64,000 nucleotides of DNA from Planctomycetota bacterium (GCA_031409275.1 JANNXA010000037.1:32001-96000), one strand, 5' to 3'; shown: positions 18,621 through 28,631, counted from the stretch's first letter. Numbers and translations: made by a program. The notes: generated by a model not told the origin, from the sequence alone.

Positions 18621-19793
18621 GTGAGCGCGCGTTCTCGACTCGGAGCCGGGATCGTCGTTGCATGCGCCTCCGCCGCGATCGTCGCGCAGACGGTCCCGCC
18701 CGCGCCGACGTCGACGGTCGTGCCGCGCACGGAACGCCTCTCGATGCAGCGCGCGGCGCTCGAGGAGTCGTTGGCGCGCGTCGTCGCCTTCGGTCATCGC
18801 GACGAGTTCGCCGCCGGGTTGCGGGCCTTGCAGGCGCGCAAGCCGGAGGCGGGCCCTGCCGACGCCGAACCCTCCAAAGAGGGCGATGAATGGCGTCTGG
18901 TGGCGCGTGGCTGGCTGCCGCGCATGGCCATCGACCACTGGCTCGAGTGGCATCTGCCGGCGCCTGGCCAGACCGACGCGCGCGCCGTCGATTTCTCGCT
19001 TTCAGGTCATCCGTTCCAGGTGATCGTCGATGTCGAGCGGCAGTTGCGCGCGCACGAGATCGAGTTCGTCCTCGTCCTCTTTCCGAGCCGTCTCCAGCTC
19101 TATCCGGAGCTCGTCGACGCGTCGCTTGCGCCGCCCGCCGACCCCGCTTTCGGTGGCATGGTCGGCGCCACCACCGAGTTCCTGCTCGCGTTGAATGGAG
19201 CCGGAGTCGAGACGCTCGACCTCGCGCCGGCGTTCGCGTCGGCGCGCGCCGACGGCGGTCCCGAGGTCGGCGAGATCTACCTGCAGCGCAACAAGCACTG
19301 GACGCCACGCGCGGCCGAGCTCGCCGCCAGCCTCGTGGCGCAGCGCCTGCAGACGCAGTCGTGGTACGCGCCGGGGTCGGCGTCCGAGGGCAAGGCGTTC
19401 CAGACGCTGCGCCGGGTCGTCGACATCGGCGGCGCCGCCGGCGGTCAAGCGCCCGACACGACGCCCGAGAAGCTGGCGTTGAACCAGGTGCGTCAGCTCG
19501 GCGCGCGCGTCAATCCCGCCGACGTGCGGCGCAGCCCGATCGTCCTGCTCGGCGACAGCTTCGCGAAGTTCTATGCCGATCTCGGCGGCGGCTTTGCCGA
19601 CCAGTTGCGTCGCTTCACGGGTCACCCGATCGACGCGCTCACGCCGATGGGGGGCGGTGAACTGCAGTGCCGCCAGCAACTCGCCCGTCGCGGCGACGGC
19701 CTGCGCGGCAAGAAGGTCGTCGTCTGGTTGCTGCAGGAAGACAACCTGCTGCCGAGCGCGCAGTGGAAGACGGTCGACCTGTTCGAGGAGTGA
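18621..19793 (+). CDS. Second AlgX/AlgJ-like protein (paralog of the previous gene)
   Basis: FPSRLQLYPE, YLQRNKHWTPRAAELAA, IVLLGDSF, KKVVVW. Confidence 0.7.
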   Translation: MSARSRLGAGIVVACASAAIVAQTVPPAPTSTVVPRTERLSMQRAALEESLARVVAFGHRDEFAAGLRALQARKPEAGPADAEPSKEGDEWRLVARGWLPRMAIDHWLEWHLPAPGQTDARAVDFSLSGHPFQVIVDVERQLRAHEIEFVLVLFPSRLQLYPELVDASLAPPADPAFGGMVGATTEFLLALNGAGVETLDLAPAFASARADGGPEVGEIYLQRNKHWTPRAAELAASLVAQRLQTQSWYAPGSASEGKAFQTLRRVVDIGGAAGGQAPDTTPEKLALNQVRQLGARVNPADVRRSPIVLLGDSFAKFYADLGGGFADQLRRFTGHPIDALTPMGGGELQCRQQLARRGDGLRGKKVVVWLLQEDNLLPSAQWKTVDLFEE

Positions 19794-19820
19794 GCCGCGG
19801 CCCCGCGCGCGGCGCGCCGC

Positions 19821-20540
19821 TCACCGCAGCAGGAAGCTCAGATCGGCACCGATCGCGTGTTCGGTCGGCGGTTCGCCGCGGCGGAATAGGCGCACGCTGC
19901 CGAACCCTCGCAGCGCCATGCGATCGCCATCGACCTCGAGCCAGCCGCCCTCGCGGAGGCCGACGACCGGCGCGTCGTTCATCTCGTGGAACTCGCGGAT
20001 CCGCGTCTCACGCGTCTCGCCCATGTGCTTGCTCGACGGATCGGGATCGAGGTAGTGGGGGTTCAAGTTGAAGGGGACCAGGGCGAGCGCGTCGAAGCTC
20101 GGCGGCTGGACGATCGGCATGTCGTTGGTGGTCTTGAGCGACAGGCAGGCGACGTTGCTGCCGGCCGACGCGCCGAGGTAGGGCATGCCCGCCGCGACGC
20201 GTGCGCGGATCGGGGCGAGGAGCTGCTGCCGCTGCAGCGCATCGAGCAGGCGGAACGTATTGCCGCCGCCGATGAACATCGATTCGGCCGCCGCCACCGC
20301 GGCGACCGGATCCGCCGCCTCATGCAGCGAATCGACGCGGACGCCGACCTTCGCGAAGCGCTCGCGCGCCTTCGCGGCGTAGGCGCCCCGATCGTGGAGC
20401 GCGTAGGGGACGAAGAGCAGCGACCTCGCGCCGCGCAGATGGCGCTCGATCGCGTCGATGGCGTGGTCGAGATAGCCACGCTCGGGCTGCGTCGAGTTGG
20501 AGAGGAGCATCACGCGACGAAGCGGGGCAACAGGCGTCAT
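19821..20540 (-). CDS. pepE: Dipeptidase E (peptidase S51)
   Basis: LLSNST, YLDHA, FVPYA, IGGGNTFRLL, GASAGSN, TTNDMPI, NPHYLD, GETRETRIREF. Confidence 0.93.
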   Translation of the reverse strand: MTPVAPLRRVMLLSNSTQPERGYLDHAIDAIERHLRGARSLLFVPYALHDRGAYAAKARERFAKVGVRVDSLHEAADPVAAVAAAESMFIGGGNTFRLLDALQRQQLLAPIRARVAAGMPYLGASAGSNVACLSLKTTNDMPIVQPPSFDALALVPFNLNPHYLDPDPSSKHMGETRETRIREFHEMNDAPVVGLREGGWLEVDGDRMALRGFGSVRLFRRGEPPTEHAIGADLSFLLR

Positions 20541-20625
20541 CGGAACGGTCTCGCGAAGGGGCCTTCGAGCGGGAAGGAGCCTAACGCGGAGCGCGGAGCG
20601 CCGCTCGCTGCTAGCTTCCTGCGCC

Positions 20626-22029
20626 ATGCCTCGCAGTCGCGTCGCCCTCTGTCTGCTCGCCTATCTCGCGCTGCGCCTCTGGCTGGCGACGACGCCCGGG
20701 TACCCGCCCGATGTCGGGCAGTTCAAGTTGTGGGCGCTGCAGTCGCAGCAGGATGGGCTCGCCTCGCTCTATGCGGGCGGCGCGGACCACGACTTCTCGC
20801 GCTACGACTACCCGCCGCTCTACGCCTACGTGCTGCGCACGATCGGCTGGATCTACTCGTGGTTCGAGCCCGACGCGCTGCGCCGCGCCGCCGACTCGAC
20901 GCTGCTCACCGTCTTGGTCAAGTTGCCGGCTCTGCTCGCTGACCTGGCGATCGCCTTGCTGCTCGCCTGGATCGTGCGAGCCACGGCACGAGCGCCGTCG
21001 GCGCGCCGCGTTGCGCTGCCGATCGTGGCAGCGTGGCTGCTGAACCCCGCGGTGCTGCTCGACAGCGGCCACTGGGGGCAGCCCGATTCGATCCACAGCG
21101 GATTCGTGCTGGCCGCGTTCGCTTGCGTCGGCGGCGTGCTCGGTCCATCGCGCGGCTCCTTCGCCAGCATCGTCGGCGGTTGGTGCCTGCTCGCGCTGGC
21201 GACGCTCATGAAGCCGCTCGGCGCTCCGTTCTTTCCGCTGCTGCTTGCCGCGTCGCTGCTGGTCGGCGGTCTGAGACGGACGCTGGCCGGCGGGCTCGCG
21301 GCGCTGGCGACCGCTGCACTCCTGTTCGCGCCGTTCGTTGCGACGTTCGGCGTGCGCGAGGTCGCGGAGCGCATCCTCGGCGACGTCACGATCATGTCGT
21401 TCACGTCGGTCAACGCTCACAACGTCTGGTGGCTGGTCGGTCCCTGGCAGCCGAGCGAGCGGCCGTGGCTAGGCACGGTGACCGCGACCGAGGTCGGCCT
21501 CGCGCTCTTCCTCTGCGCGTTGGCGGCGCTGATCGTGCTGCTGGTGCGACGCCATCGAGCGCGTCGCGCAGGCATCCATGGCGCGCAGTTGCTCTGCATC
21601 GCTGCGTTGCTCGCGGCCGCGTTCTTCCTGCTGTCGACCCACATGCACGAGAACCACCTCTTCGCCGCGCTGCCGCTGCTGCTGGGCGCGCTGGCGGCGG
21701 CGCCGCCGGGCAATGGCGCACGCCGATCGGTGCGCTGGATCGCGGCGCTGCTCGCGTTCGGGATCGCTTGGAACCTCGCGGCGCACGACTTCGTGTGGCG
21801 CCACCGGTGGCCCTTCTCGATCGGGCCGATCGAAGGAGAACTGCCCGCGGGCTCGGATGGCGCGATGCACGGCGGTGAGCGGCTCGCCGGGACGCTTGGC
21901 GCCTGGTGGAACCTGCTCGCGGGCGTGGCGCTGACCGCATTCGTCTTCGGCGCCGGCCTGATGAGGCTGGCGTGGAGCAGCGCGCGGCCCGGCGTCGAGG
22001 CGAACGACTCGGCCGACTTCGCCGACTGA
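20626..22029 (+). CDS. Multi-pass GT-C-type membrane glycosyltransferase
   Basis: DYPPLYAY, VKLPALLADL, NPAVLLDSGHWGQPDS, THMHENH; many TM segments. Confidence 0.75.
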   Translation: MPRSRVALCLLAYLALRLWLATTPGYPPDVGQFKLWALQSQQDGLASLYAGGADHDFSRYDYPPLYAYVLRTIGWIYSWFEPDALRRAADSTLLTVLVKLPALLADLAIALLLAWIVRATARAPSARRVALPIVAAWLLNPAVLLDSGHWGQPDSIHSGFVLAAFACVGGVLGPSRGSFASIVGGWCLLALATLMKPLGAPFFPLLLAASLLVGGLRRTLAGGLAALATAALLFAPFVATFGVREVAERILGDVTIMSFTSVNAHNVWWLVGPWQPSERPWLGTVTATEVGLALFLCALAALIVLLVRRHRARRAGIHGAQLLCIAALLAAAFFLLSTHMHENHLFAALPLLLGALAAAPPGNGARRSVRWIAALLAFGIAWNLAAHDFVWRHRWPFSIGPIEGELPAGSDGAMHGGERLAGTLGAWWNLLAGVALTAFVFGAGLMRLAWSSARPGVEANDSADFAD

Positions 22030-22137
22030 ACAGGATCGCGCGACCGGGGTCGAATCCGGGAGCTGTCGGTCCGCGTCACCGAGCCATCGACCGCCTCAGC
22101 AGGCGCGGTCGATGGCATCGGGTCGCGACCGGCGCGC

Positions 22138-23439
22138 TCAGCTGAACTTGGTCACGCCCGGAATCGCGACGACGGGCGCCGGTGGGACGGTGTCGAGCGT
22201 CAGCGTCGCGAGGTCGGGGCCGAGCTGTTCCTGGCTGTTGAGCGCGGCCTCGTAGGTGACTTCGCTGCCGGTGTAGGCGGCCATGCGGCCCATGATCGCC
22301 ATCAGCGTCGAATCGCACATGTACTGGCCGTTGTTGATGATCTCGCCCTTGCGCAGCTTGGCGAACAACACGTCGTGCTCGTTCTGGTACATGTCGTCGG
22401 GCGTGCCGTCGTCGCGCCAGCGCCAGGCGTTCTCGCCCCAGATCTGGTGGCCCTGGATGTTCGCCTTGCCCTTGCTGCCGAAGAGGTAGTCGGAGACGTC
22501 GGTCGACGGCGCGCCGGCCCACTGGCGGCACGAGCTGAACAGACGCAGACCGCTCTTCCACTCGAAGACGGTGTTGAAGTGGTCGTAGACGTCGCCGTAC
22601 TTCGGGTCGATGCGATTGGCGCGCCCGCCGCTGGCGACGCACTTCACCGGGTATTCGTCCTTCATCGCCCACGCGATCTTGTCGAGGCTGTGGATGTGCT
22701 GCTCGGCGAGGTGGTCGGCCGACAGCCAGGTGAAATAGAGCCAGTTGCGCAGCTGGTACTCCATCTCCGTCCAGTTCGGCTGGCGGCCGCGATGCCACAG
22801 TCCACCCGTGTTGTAGGTGCACTGCATCGCATGGATTTCGCCGAGCGCGCCGTCCTGGATGCGGGCGATCGTCTGCTGCTTCTTCTTCTCGTAGCGGTAG
22901 CACAACCCGCTGACGAGCATCAGGTTCTTCGCCTTCGCCATGCGGCACGATTCGAGGACCGATCGCAGTCCCGGTCCGTCGACGGCGACCGGCTTCTCGA
23001 CGAAGGTGTGTTTGCCCGCCTCGATGCACGCGCGCAGGTGCAACGGCCGGAACGCCGGCGTCGTGCAGAGCAGCACGACGTCGCAGGCGGCGATGACGCT
23101 CTTGTAGGCATCGAGGCCGACGAAGACGTGGTCGGGCGCGACCTTCACTTGCGAGCCCTGCTCGCTCGCTTGCAGCGACTTCAACGCGTTCTCGGCGTGG
23201 TCGCGAAAGACGTCGCCGATCGCGACGAGCTCGACGTTGGGATCGGCCGCCAGCGCGTTGGCCGCGGCGCCGGAGCCGCGACCACCGCAGCCAAGCAGGC
23301 CGACCTTGATGGTGCTGCTGCCTTGCGAATGGACCGCGAAGCCTGGCCACGAGCCGGCGACCGGCGCGAGCGCGAGACCGCCGAGCGCGGCTCCCGACGT
23401 CTTCAGGAAGTCACGGCGGGTCGGCGAATGGGTCGACAT
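22138..23439 (-). CDS. Tat-exported Gfo/Idh/MocA oxidoreductase
   Basis: TRRDFLK Tat motif, GCGGRGSGA, EKPVAVD, EQHIHSLD. Confidence 0.9.
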   Translation of the reverse strand: MSTHSPTRRDFLKTSGAALGGLALAPVAGSWPGFAVHSQGSSTIKVGLLGCGGRGSGAAANALAADPNVELVAIGDVFRDHAENALKSLQASEQGSQVKVAPDHVFVGLDAYKSVIAACDVVLLCTTPAFRPLHLRACIEAGKHTFVEKPVAVDGPGLRSVLESCRMAKAKNLMLVSGLCYRYEKKKQQTIARIQDGALGEIHAMQCTYNTGGLWHRGRQPNWTEMEYQLRNWLYFTWLSADHLAEQHIHSLDKIAWAMKDEYPVKCVASGGRANRIDPKYGDVYDHFNTVFEWKSGLRLFSSCRQWAGAPSTDVSDYLFGSKGKANIQGHQIWGENAWRWRDDGTPDDMYQNEHDVLFAKLRKGEIINNGQYMCDSTLMAIMGRMAAYTGSEVTYEAALNSQEQLGPDLATLTLDTVPPAPVVAIPGVTKFS

Positions 23440-24490
23440 CGTCCTCTCCTCTAGCTTCCACGGGGAGTGGCATCATCGGTGGCCAGCCGGGCGACGCGCA
23501 AGCACGCACTGCCCCTTCTTCCAGCGTCAGCAGTCGGGACGCCGCGCCAAGAACTCGACCGACGATCGCCGCGGCCCGCTCCGGCCCGGCGACCCCGCAG
23601 GCGGTGGCGAGCGCGTCGGCGGTCGCGCCATCGCGCGCAACGACAGTCGCCAGTCCGCGGCGAGTCAGCCCGAGCCCGGCCTTCGGATCGATCACGTGGC
23701 TGCGCCGTTCGCCTGCGACTTCGCTCCAACGGAACCGGTCTCCCGACGTTGCCAGGGCGGCGTTGGCGAGCTGCAGGGTCAGTCGCGGCGACGGAGCCGG
23801 CGCCGCGTCGTCGTCGGAGAAGTCGGAGAGCTCGATGCGCCAGCCATCGCGATCCGGCGGCGGATCGCCGGCGCGCAGGTCGCCACCGCCGACGAGCAGC
23901 GCGCGGGGAAATCCACGCTCCGTGACGACGGCGAGCGCCTGATCGAGGGCGTCGCCCTTCGCGATGGCACCGAGGTCGAGCGCCATTCCGGCCACCGCGA
24001 AGGTGAGCGTGCGCGCGTCGCGATCGACCGTGAGGAGCTCGAACCCCGTCGCTGCCCGCGCCCGCGCGAGCGCCGCGGCGTCGGGCTCGACCCCTTGGCG
24101 GTGCGCCCGTCGCCAAAGTTGCACGAGCGGGCCGACGGTGATGTCGAAGGCGCCCTCGCTGACCGCCGACAGCTCCTGTGCTCGCGCCGCGACCCGCGCG
24201 AGGTCGGGTCCGATCGCGATCGGGGTGCCCGGTGCGGCGTTCGCGGCGCGGCCGACGCGGGACAGTTCGCTGTCGCTCTGCCAGTCGGAAAGGAGTCGCT
24301 CCAGTTCGTCGACCCGGGCGAACGCGGCGTCCGCGGCCGCCTGCGCATGGGCGGCGTCGTCGGCGTAGAGCAGCAGGCGGAAGCGCGTCCCCATCGCCGG
24401 GTGGTCGAAGGTGAAACGCTCGAGCGGCGCGCTGCAGCCGGCGAGCGAGACGCTCGCGATCAGCAGGAGTTGGAGGAGAGCGGCCTTCAT
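23411..24490 (-). CDS. apbE: FAD:protein FMN transferase, lipoprotein
   Basis: Lipobox SLAGC, AMGT, AFDITVGPLV.LW, LDLGAIAKG, ATSGD, HVIDP, ADALATA. Confidence 0.9.
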   Translation of the reverse strand: MKAALLQLLLIASVSLAGCSAPLERFTFDHPAMGTRFRLLLYADDAAHAQAAADAAFARVDELERLLSDWQSDSELSRVGRAANAAPGTPIAIGPDLARVAARAQELSAVSEGAFDITVGPLVQLWRRAHRQGVEPDAAALARARAATGFELLTVDRDARTLTFAVAGMALDLGAIAKGDALDQALAVVTERGFPRALLVGGGDLRAGDPPPDRDGWRIELSDFSDDDAAPAPSPRLTLQLANAALATSGDRFRWSEVAGERRSHVIDPKAGLGLTRRGLATVVARDGATADALATACGVAGPERAAAIVGRVLGAASRLLTLEEGAVRACASPGWPPMMPLPVEARGEDDVDPFADPP

Positions 24491-24592
24491 CAGTTTGCGG
24501 CGCGGGAGTATAGGTGGCGCCTCGCGGCGCGCTCGGTGCCGACTTCCAGGACGCGGCGAGGACGCGGCAAGGTCGCGGAGAGCGAAGTGGCG

Positions 24593-25738
24593 ATGACGAC
24601 GCGCACGGCACGAAGTCGACCAGCGATCGCGGCCGGCGCATGCGCCACGCTCTTCGTCTCGATCGCGGCCGTGACCGCGCAGGAGCGCATCTCCGTCTAT
24701 CCCGAGATGCCGCCCGGCCGTCCGCCGCTCGAAGCCAATCCCGATGCGCTCGCAACGGACGCGGCATCGATGAAGCCCTACCGCGAGATGATCCCGGGCA
24801 GCACCATTGGCTTCGAGCTCGTGCCGATCCCCGCTGGTCGCTTCGTGATGGGCAGCCCGGAAACAGAGGCCGACCGCAAGTCGGACGAGGGGCCGGCGCA
24901 CGCGGTGGCGATCGATCCATTCTGGATCGGTCGCTGCGAGGTGACGTGGGACGAGTACCTGCAGTTCATGTCGAAGCTCGACCTGCAGGCGCGCGGCGGC
25001 GGCGAGAAGAAGCAGCCCGGCGACGACTGGGCCGATGCGGTCAGCCGACCGACGCCGCCCTACGTGCCGATGGACTTCGGCTACGGCGTGAAGGGCTTTC
25101 CGGCGATCTGCATGACGCAGTTCGCGGCGCGCCACTACACGAAGTGGCTCAGCATGAAGACCGGCCGCTTCTTCCGCCTGCCGACCGAAGCGGAGTGGGA
25201 GTACTGCTGCCGCGCCGGAACCACCACCACCTGGTCGTTCGGCGACGACGTCAAGCAACTCGGCGACCACGCCTGGTACTTCGAGAACAGCGACGCGGCG
25301 CCCCGTCCGGTGGCGCAGAAGAAGGCCAATCCGTGGGGCCTCTTCGATATGCACGGCAACGTCGCCGAGTGGACGCTGGACGCCTTCGATGCCGGCTACT
25401 ACGCGAAGTCGGCAGGCGAAGCGGCCGCCGACGGCGCAGTCGCCGGGCCGGTGAACTGGCCTCAGGCCGAGTACCCGCACGTGGCGCGCGGCGGCTCGTG
25501 GGATGACGATGCCGATCGGCTGCGCAGCGCGGCTCGCCGCGCGTCGAGCAAGGCGTGGAAGGTGCAGGACCCGCAGCTCCCGAAGAGCATCTGGTACTTC
25601 ACCGACGCGCGCTTCGTCGGCTTTCGCATCGTGCGTCCCTTGCGCGACCCGACGCCGGAAGAGCAGCAGAAGTGGTGGGAGCCCGGAGTCGCGCAGATCG
25701 CCGAGATCCTCGATCGCCAGCGCCACGGTGGCCGCTGA
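24593..25738 (+). CDS. SUMF1/FGE-fold protein, exported
   Basis: IPAGRFVMGS, EVTWDEY, RLPTEAEWEYCCRAG, NPWGLFDMHGNVAEW, RGGSW, VGFRIVR. Confidence 0.88.
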   Translation: MTTRTARSRPAIAAGACATLFVSIAAVTAQERISVYPEMPPGRPPLEANPDALATDAASMKPYREMIPGSTIGFELVPIPAGRFVMGSPETEADRKSDEGPAHAVAIDPFWIGRCEVTWDEYLQFMSKLDLQARGGGEKKQPGDDWADAVSRPTPPYVPMDFGYGVKGFPAICMTQFAARHYTKWLSMKTGRFFRLPTEAEWEYCCRAGTTTTWSFGDDVKQLGDHAWYFENSDAAPRPVAQKKANPWGLFDMHGNVAEWTLDAFDAGYYAKSAGEAAADGAVAGPVNWPQAEYPHVARGGSWDDDADRLRSAARRASSKAWKVQDPQLPKSIWYFTDARFVGFRIVRPLRDPTPEEQQKWWEPGVAQIAEILDRQRHGGR

Positions 25739-25778
25739 CGCCATGAACGGCCCAGTTGAACGGCCCATCGGAGCAGCC

Positions 25779-27107
25779 ATGAGTTCGCGCAACGATCCGA
25801 CGCGTCGCAGCTTCCTCAAAGTCTCAGGTGCAGCGCTGCTGACGTCGACGGCGCTCGATCGCGTCGCCCACGCGGCGATGCAGCGGCTCGCGCCGGGCGC
25901 CTTCCTGACCGGCGACGACACGCTGAAGGTCGCGCTGATCGGATGCGGCGGCCGCGGCACCGGAGCGGCGGCGCAGGCGCTGTCGACGGCCGGGCCGGTG
26001 AAGCTCGTCGCCGTGGCCGATGCCTTTCGCGATCGTCTCGACAGCAGCTTGAACGCGCTGCGCGCCGACCACGCCAACAAGGTCGACGTGACTCCCGACC
26101 GCTGCTACGTCGGCTTCGACGCCTACAAGGCGGCGATCGACCAGTGCGACGTCGCCATCCTCACCACTCCGCCGGGTTTCCGGCCGCTCCACTTCGAGTA
26201 CGCCATCGCGAAGGGCAAGCACGTCTTCATGGAGAAGCCGGTCGCCACCGACGCTCCCGGTGTGCGCCGCGTGCTGGCCGCCGCCGCGATGGCGAAGCAG
26301 AAGAACCTGAAGGTCGGCGTCGGACTGCAGCGCCACCATGATCCGGGCTACATCGAAGCGGTTCGGCGCGTGCAGGATGGCGCCATCGGCGACGTGATGT
26401 TCCAGCGCGTCTATTGGTGCGACGGTGGCGTCTGGGTGAACCCGCGCCAGCCCGGTCAGACCGAAATGGAGTACCAGATGCGCAACTGGTACTACTTCAC
26501 GTGGTTGTGCGGCGACCACATCGTCGAGCAGCACATCCACAACCTCGACGTCGCCAACTGGGTGAAGAACGGTCCGCCGGTGCGAGCGCGCGGGCAGGGC
26601 GGTCGCCAGGTGCGCACCGGCATCGACCACGGCGAGATCTTCGACCACCACCAGGTCGAGTTCGAGTACGCCGACGGCAGCAAGCTCTTCAGCTACTGCC
26701 ACCATTGGCCCAATGCCTGGAGCAGCGTCAGCGAGCACGCGCACGGCACCAAGGGCTACGCTGATCTCTCGGCCAAACGCATCGAAGGCGCCGCCGCATG
26801 GCAGTTCGCACGCGCTCGCGGCGAGGAGGGCGTCGATCCCTACCAGATCGAGCACGACGTCCTCTTCGACGCCATCCGCAACGACAAGCCGCACAACGAG
26901 GCGGTCTACGGCGCCAACAGCACGATGACGGCGATCTTCGGCCGCATGGCGACCTACAGCGGGCGCGAGCTCACCTGGGACCAGGCGCTCGCGTCGGAGC
27001 AGAACCTCCTCCCCGACGTGCTCGATTGGAAGGCGATGCCGAAATCGCTGCCCGATGCCAGCGGCCGCTACAAGATCGCGCTGCCCGGGTCGGCGATGAA
27101 TTCGTGA
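25779..27107 (+). CDS. Tat-exported Gfo/Idh/MocA oxidoreductase (paralog of 22138-23439)
   Basis: TRRSFLK, GCGGRGTGA, EKPVATD, EMEYQMRNWYYFTWL, EQHIHNLD. Confidence 0.9.
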   Translation: MSSRNDPTRRSFLKVSGAALLTSTALDRVAHAAMQRLAPGAFLTGDDTLKVALIGCGGRGTGAAAQALSTAGPVKLVAVADAFRDRLDSSLNALRADHANKVDVTPDRCYVGFDAYKAAIDQCDVAILTTPPGFRPLHFEYAIAKGKHVFMEKPVATDAPGVRRVLAAAAMAKQKNLKVGVGLQRHHDPGYIEAVRRVQDGAIGDVMFQRVYWCDGGVWVNPRQPGQTEMEYQMRNWYYFTWLCGDHIVEQHIHNLDVANWVKNGPPVRARGQGGRQVRTGIDHGEIFDHHQVEFEYADGSKLFSYCHHWPNAWSSVSEHAHGTKGYADLSAKRIEGAAAWQFARARGEEGVDPYQIEHDVLFDAIRNDKPHNEAVYGANSTMTAIFGRMATYSGRELTWDQALASEQNLLPDVLDWKAMPKSLPDASGRYKIALPGSAMNS

Positions 27108-27150
27108 CTTCCCGCGGCGTTCGATTCCCCTCCCGACGAAAGGAACGGTC

Positions 27151-27651
27151 GTGACGACGAATGCTCTTGCCGCAGCGACGGTGCTGCTCGCGGCGTCGGT
27201 GGCCTTCTCGAATCCGTGGCAGGACGCGCCGAAACCGGCTGACCCGCCTGCGCGTCCCGCGTCTTCTCCTCAGGAGGAGCGCGACCACCAGGAAGCGGAG
27301 GAGACTCCGCTCGCCGCGGAGATGGAGAAGGTCGAGCACGCCGAGCACTTTTTGCGGCGAAGCATCGGCGATGCGGCGCAGGACGCCGAGTCGCTGAAGC
27401 GCATCGCAGAAGCGCAGCAGGCGATCCTCGCGGCGAAGCTGCTGCAGCCGAAGATGACGGCGAGCGTGCCCGAGGCCGAACGGGCGAAGTTCTTGTCGGA
27501 CTATCGCCGCGAGATGGCCGGTCTGCTGATCGAGTTCACTCAGCTCGAGCGCGCGCTGCTCGACGGCGATCGTGAAGCGGCGAAGGCCTCCTACAAGAAG
27601 CTGCACGCGATGGAGGAGGTGGGCCACAACTCCTTCACCTCCGGCGACTGA
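27151..27651 (+). CDS. Exported four-helix-bundle protein, cytochrome b562-like
   Basis: Signal peptide; all-helical pattern with an early Met (LAAEMEKV) and a C-terminal His (GHNSF), as in b562 Met/His heme ligation. Confidence 0.55.
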   Translation: MTTNALAAATVLLAASVAFSNPWQDAPKPADPPARPASSPQEERDHQEAEETPLAAEMEKVEHAEHFLRRSIGDAAQDAESLKRIAEAQQAILAAKLLQPKMTASVPEAERAKFLSDYRREMAGLLIEFTQLERALLDGDREAAKASYKKLHAMEEVGHNSFTSGD

Positions 27652-27788
27652 CGGGCGGCTGACGGGCGGCGAGGCGGCATCTGCTGCGTCGGATCGCCCT
27701 CGTTGGCTCCTTTCGGAGCCAGACTTCGGGCCGATCCTCCTTGCATCTACCACCTCGGCGCTCCGTCAGCGTGAGCGCCGGCGAAGGC

Positions 27789-28000
27789 GGCGTGAAGTGG
27801 TGAGGAGCGGCGTGAGGTGGAGGGGAGCGGCGCTGCGCGCCGGCTCGCGAAGGCGAGGGTGGCGCGAGGGGGTGAAGAGCGGCGCTGCGCGCCGGCTCGC
27901 GGAGGCGAGGGGGGCGCGAGGTGGAGGGGAGCGGCGCGAAGCGCCGGCTCGCGAAGGCGAGGGGGGCGTGAGGGGGTGAGGAGCGGCGCGAAGCGCCGGC
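27789..28000. repeat. Intergenic G-rich tandem repeat: three 52-bp units plus partial copies
   Basis: Units at 27829-27880, 27881-27932 and 27933-27984, with a partial unit to 28000. Two 20-bp tail copies at 27789-27828. Confidence 0.9.
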
Positions 28001-28031
28001 TTGGGAGAGAAGGGCGGCTTGGGAGGGACGG

Positions 28032-28631
28032 GTGGCGGCGCGGATCGAGGAGTTGCGGGAGCGATTGGCGGAGATCGCGGCGGCGCCGAAGGACGAAGGG
28101 GTGTTGCGCGCGCTCTTTGTGCGGCCCGAGGTCGGGCAGCGGCGTGCGGTCGAGAGCGTGGAACTCGATTGCGTCTTGGGGGTGGTGGGTGACAACTGGA
28201 GCCGGCGCGGGAGTCGACGCACGGCCGATGGATCGCCGCATCCCGAGCAGCAGATCACGCTGATGAACGTGCGCGCGCTCGACGCGATCGCGGAGCGCGA
28301 CGACCGCTTCGCGCTGGCCGGGGATCAGTTGATCGTCGACTTCGATCTCGGCGTTGCGAACGTCTCGTCGGGCACGCGTCTCGCCATCGGCACGGCGGTG
28401 ATCGAGGTGACGACGCTGCCGCACACCGGCTGCGCCAAGTTCGCCGAGCGCTTCGGCGCCGACGCGCTCGCCTTCGTCAACTCGGTCGAGGGGCGCGCGC
28501 TGCGGCTACGCGGCATCAACGCGCGGGTGGTCGAGCCAGGCGCGGTGCGGATCGGCGACTCCATTCGCAAGCACCCGTTCGCGGCACCGTCCGCCCGGGC
28601 GACTCCCCCGGGCGCGACTCCGTCGCCATGA
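28032..28631 (+). CDS. MOSC domain protein
   Basis: GVVGDNW, QITLMN, LAGDQLIVD, GTAVIEVT.LPHTGCAKF, RGINARVV..G.VRIGD. Confidence 0.85.
   Translation: MAARIEELRERLAEIAAAPKDEGVLRALFVRPEVGQRRAVESVELDCVLGVVGDNWSRRGSRRTADGSPHPEQQITLMNVRALDAIAERDDRFALAGDQLIVDFDLGVANVSSGTRLAIGTAVIEVTTLPHTGCAKFAERFGADALAFVNSVEGRALRLRGINARVVEPGAVRIGDSIRKHPFAAPSARATPPGATPSP

Noticed and set aside
24593..25738. True formylglycine-generating enzyme maturing the sulfatase-like protein
   Set aside because: It lacks the catalytic cysteines after RGGS, and the sulfatase-like protein lacks the CxPxR target.
27789..28000. Possible CRISPR array
   Set aside because: Units are contiguous with no unique spacers, and there are no cas genes in the window.
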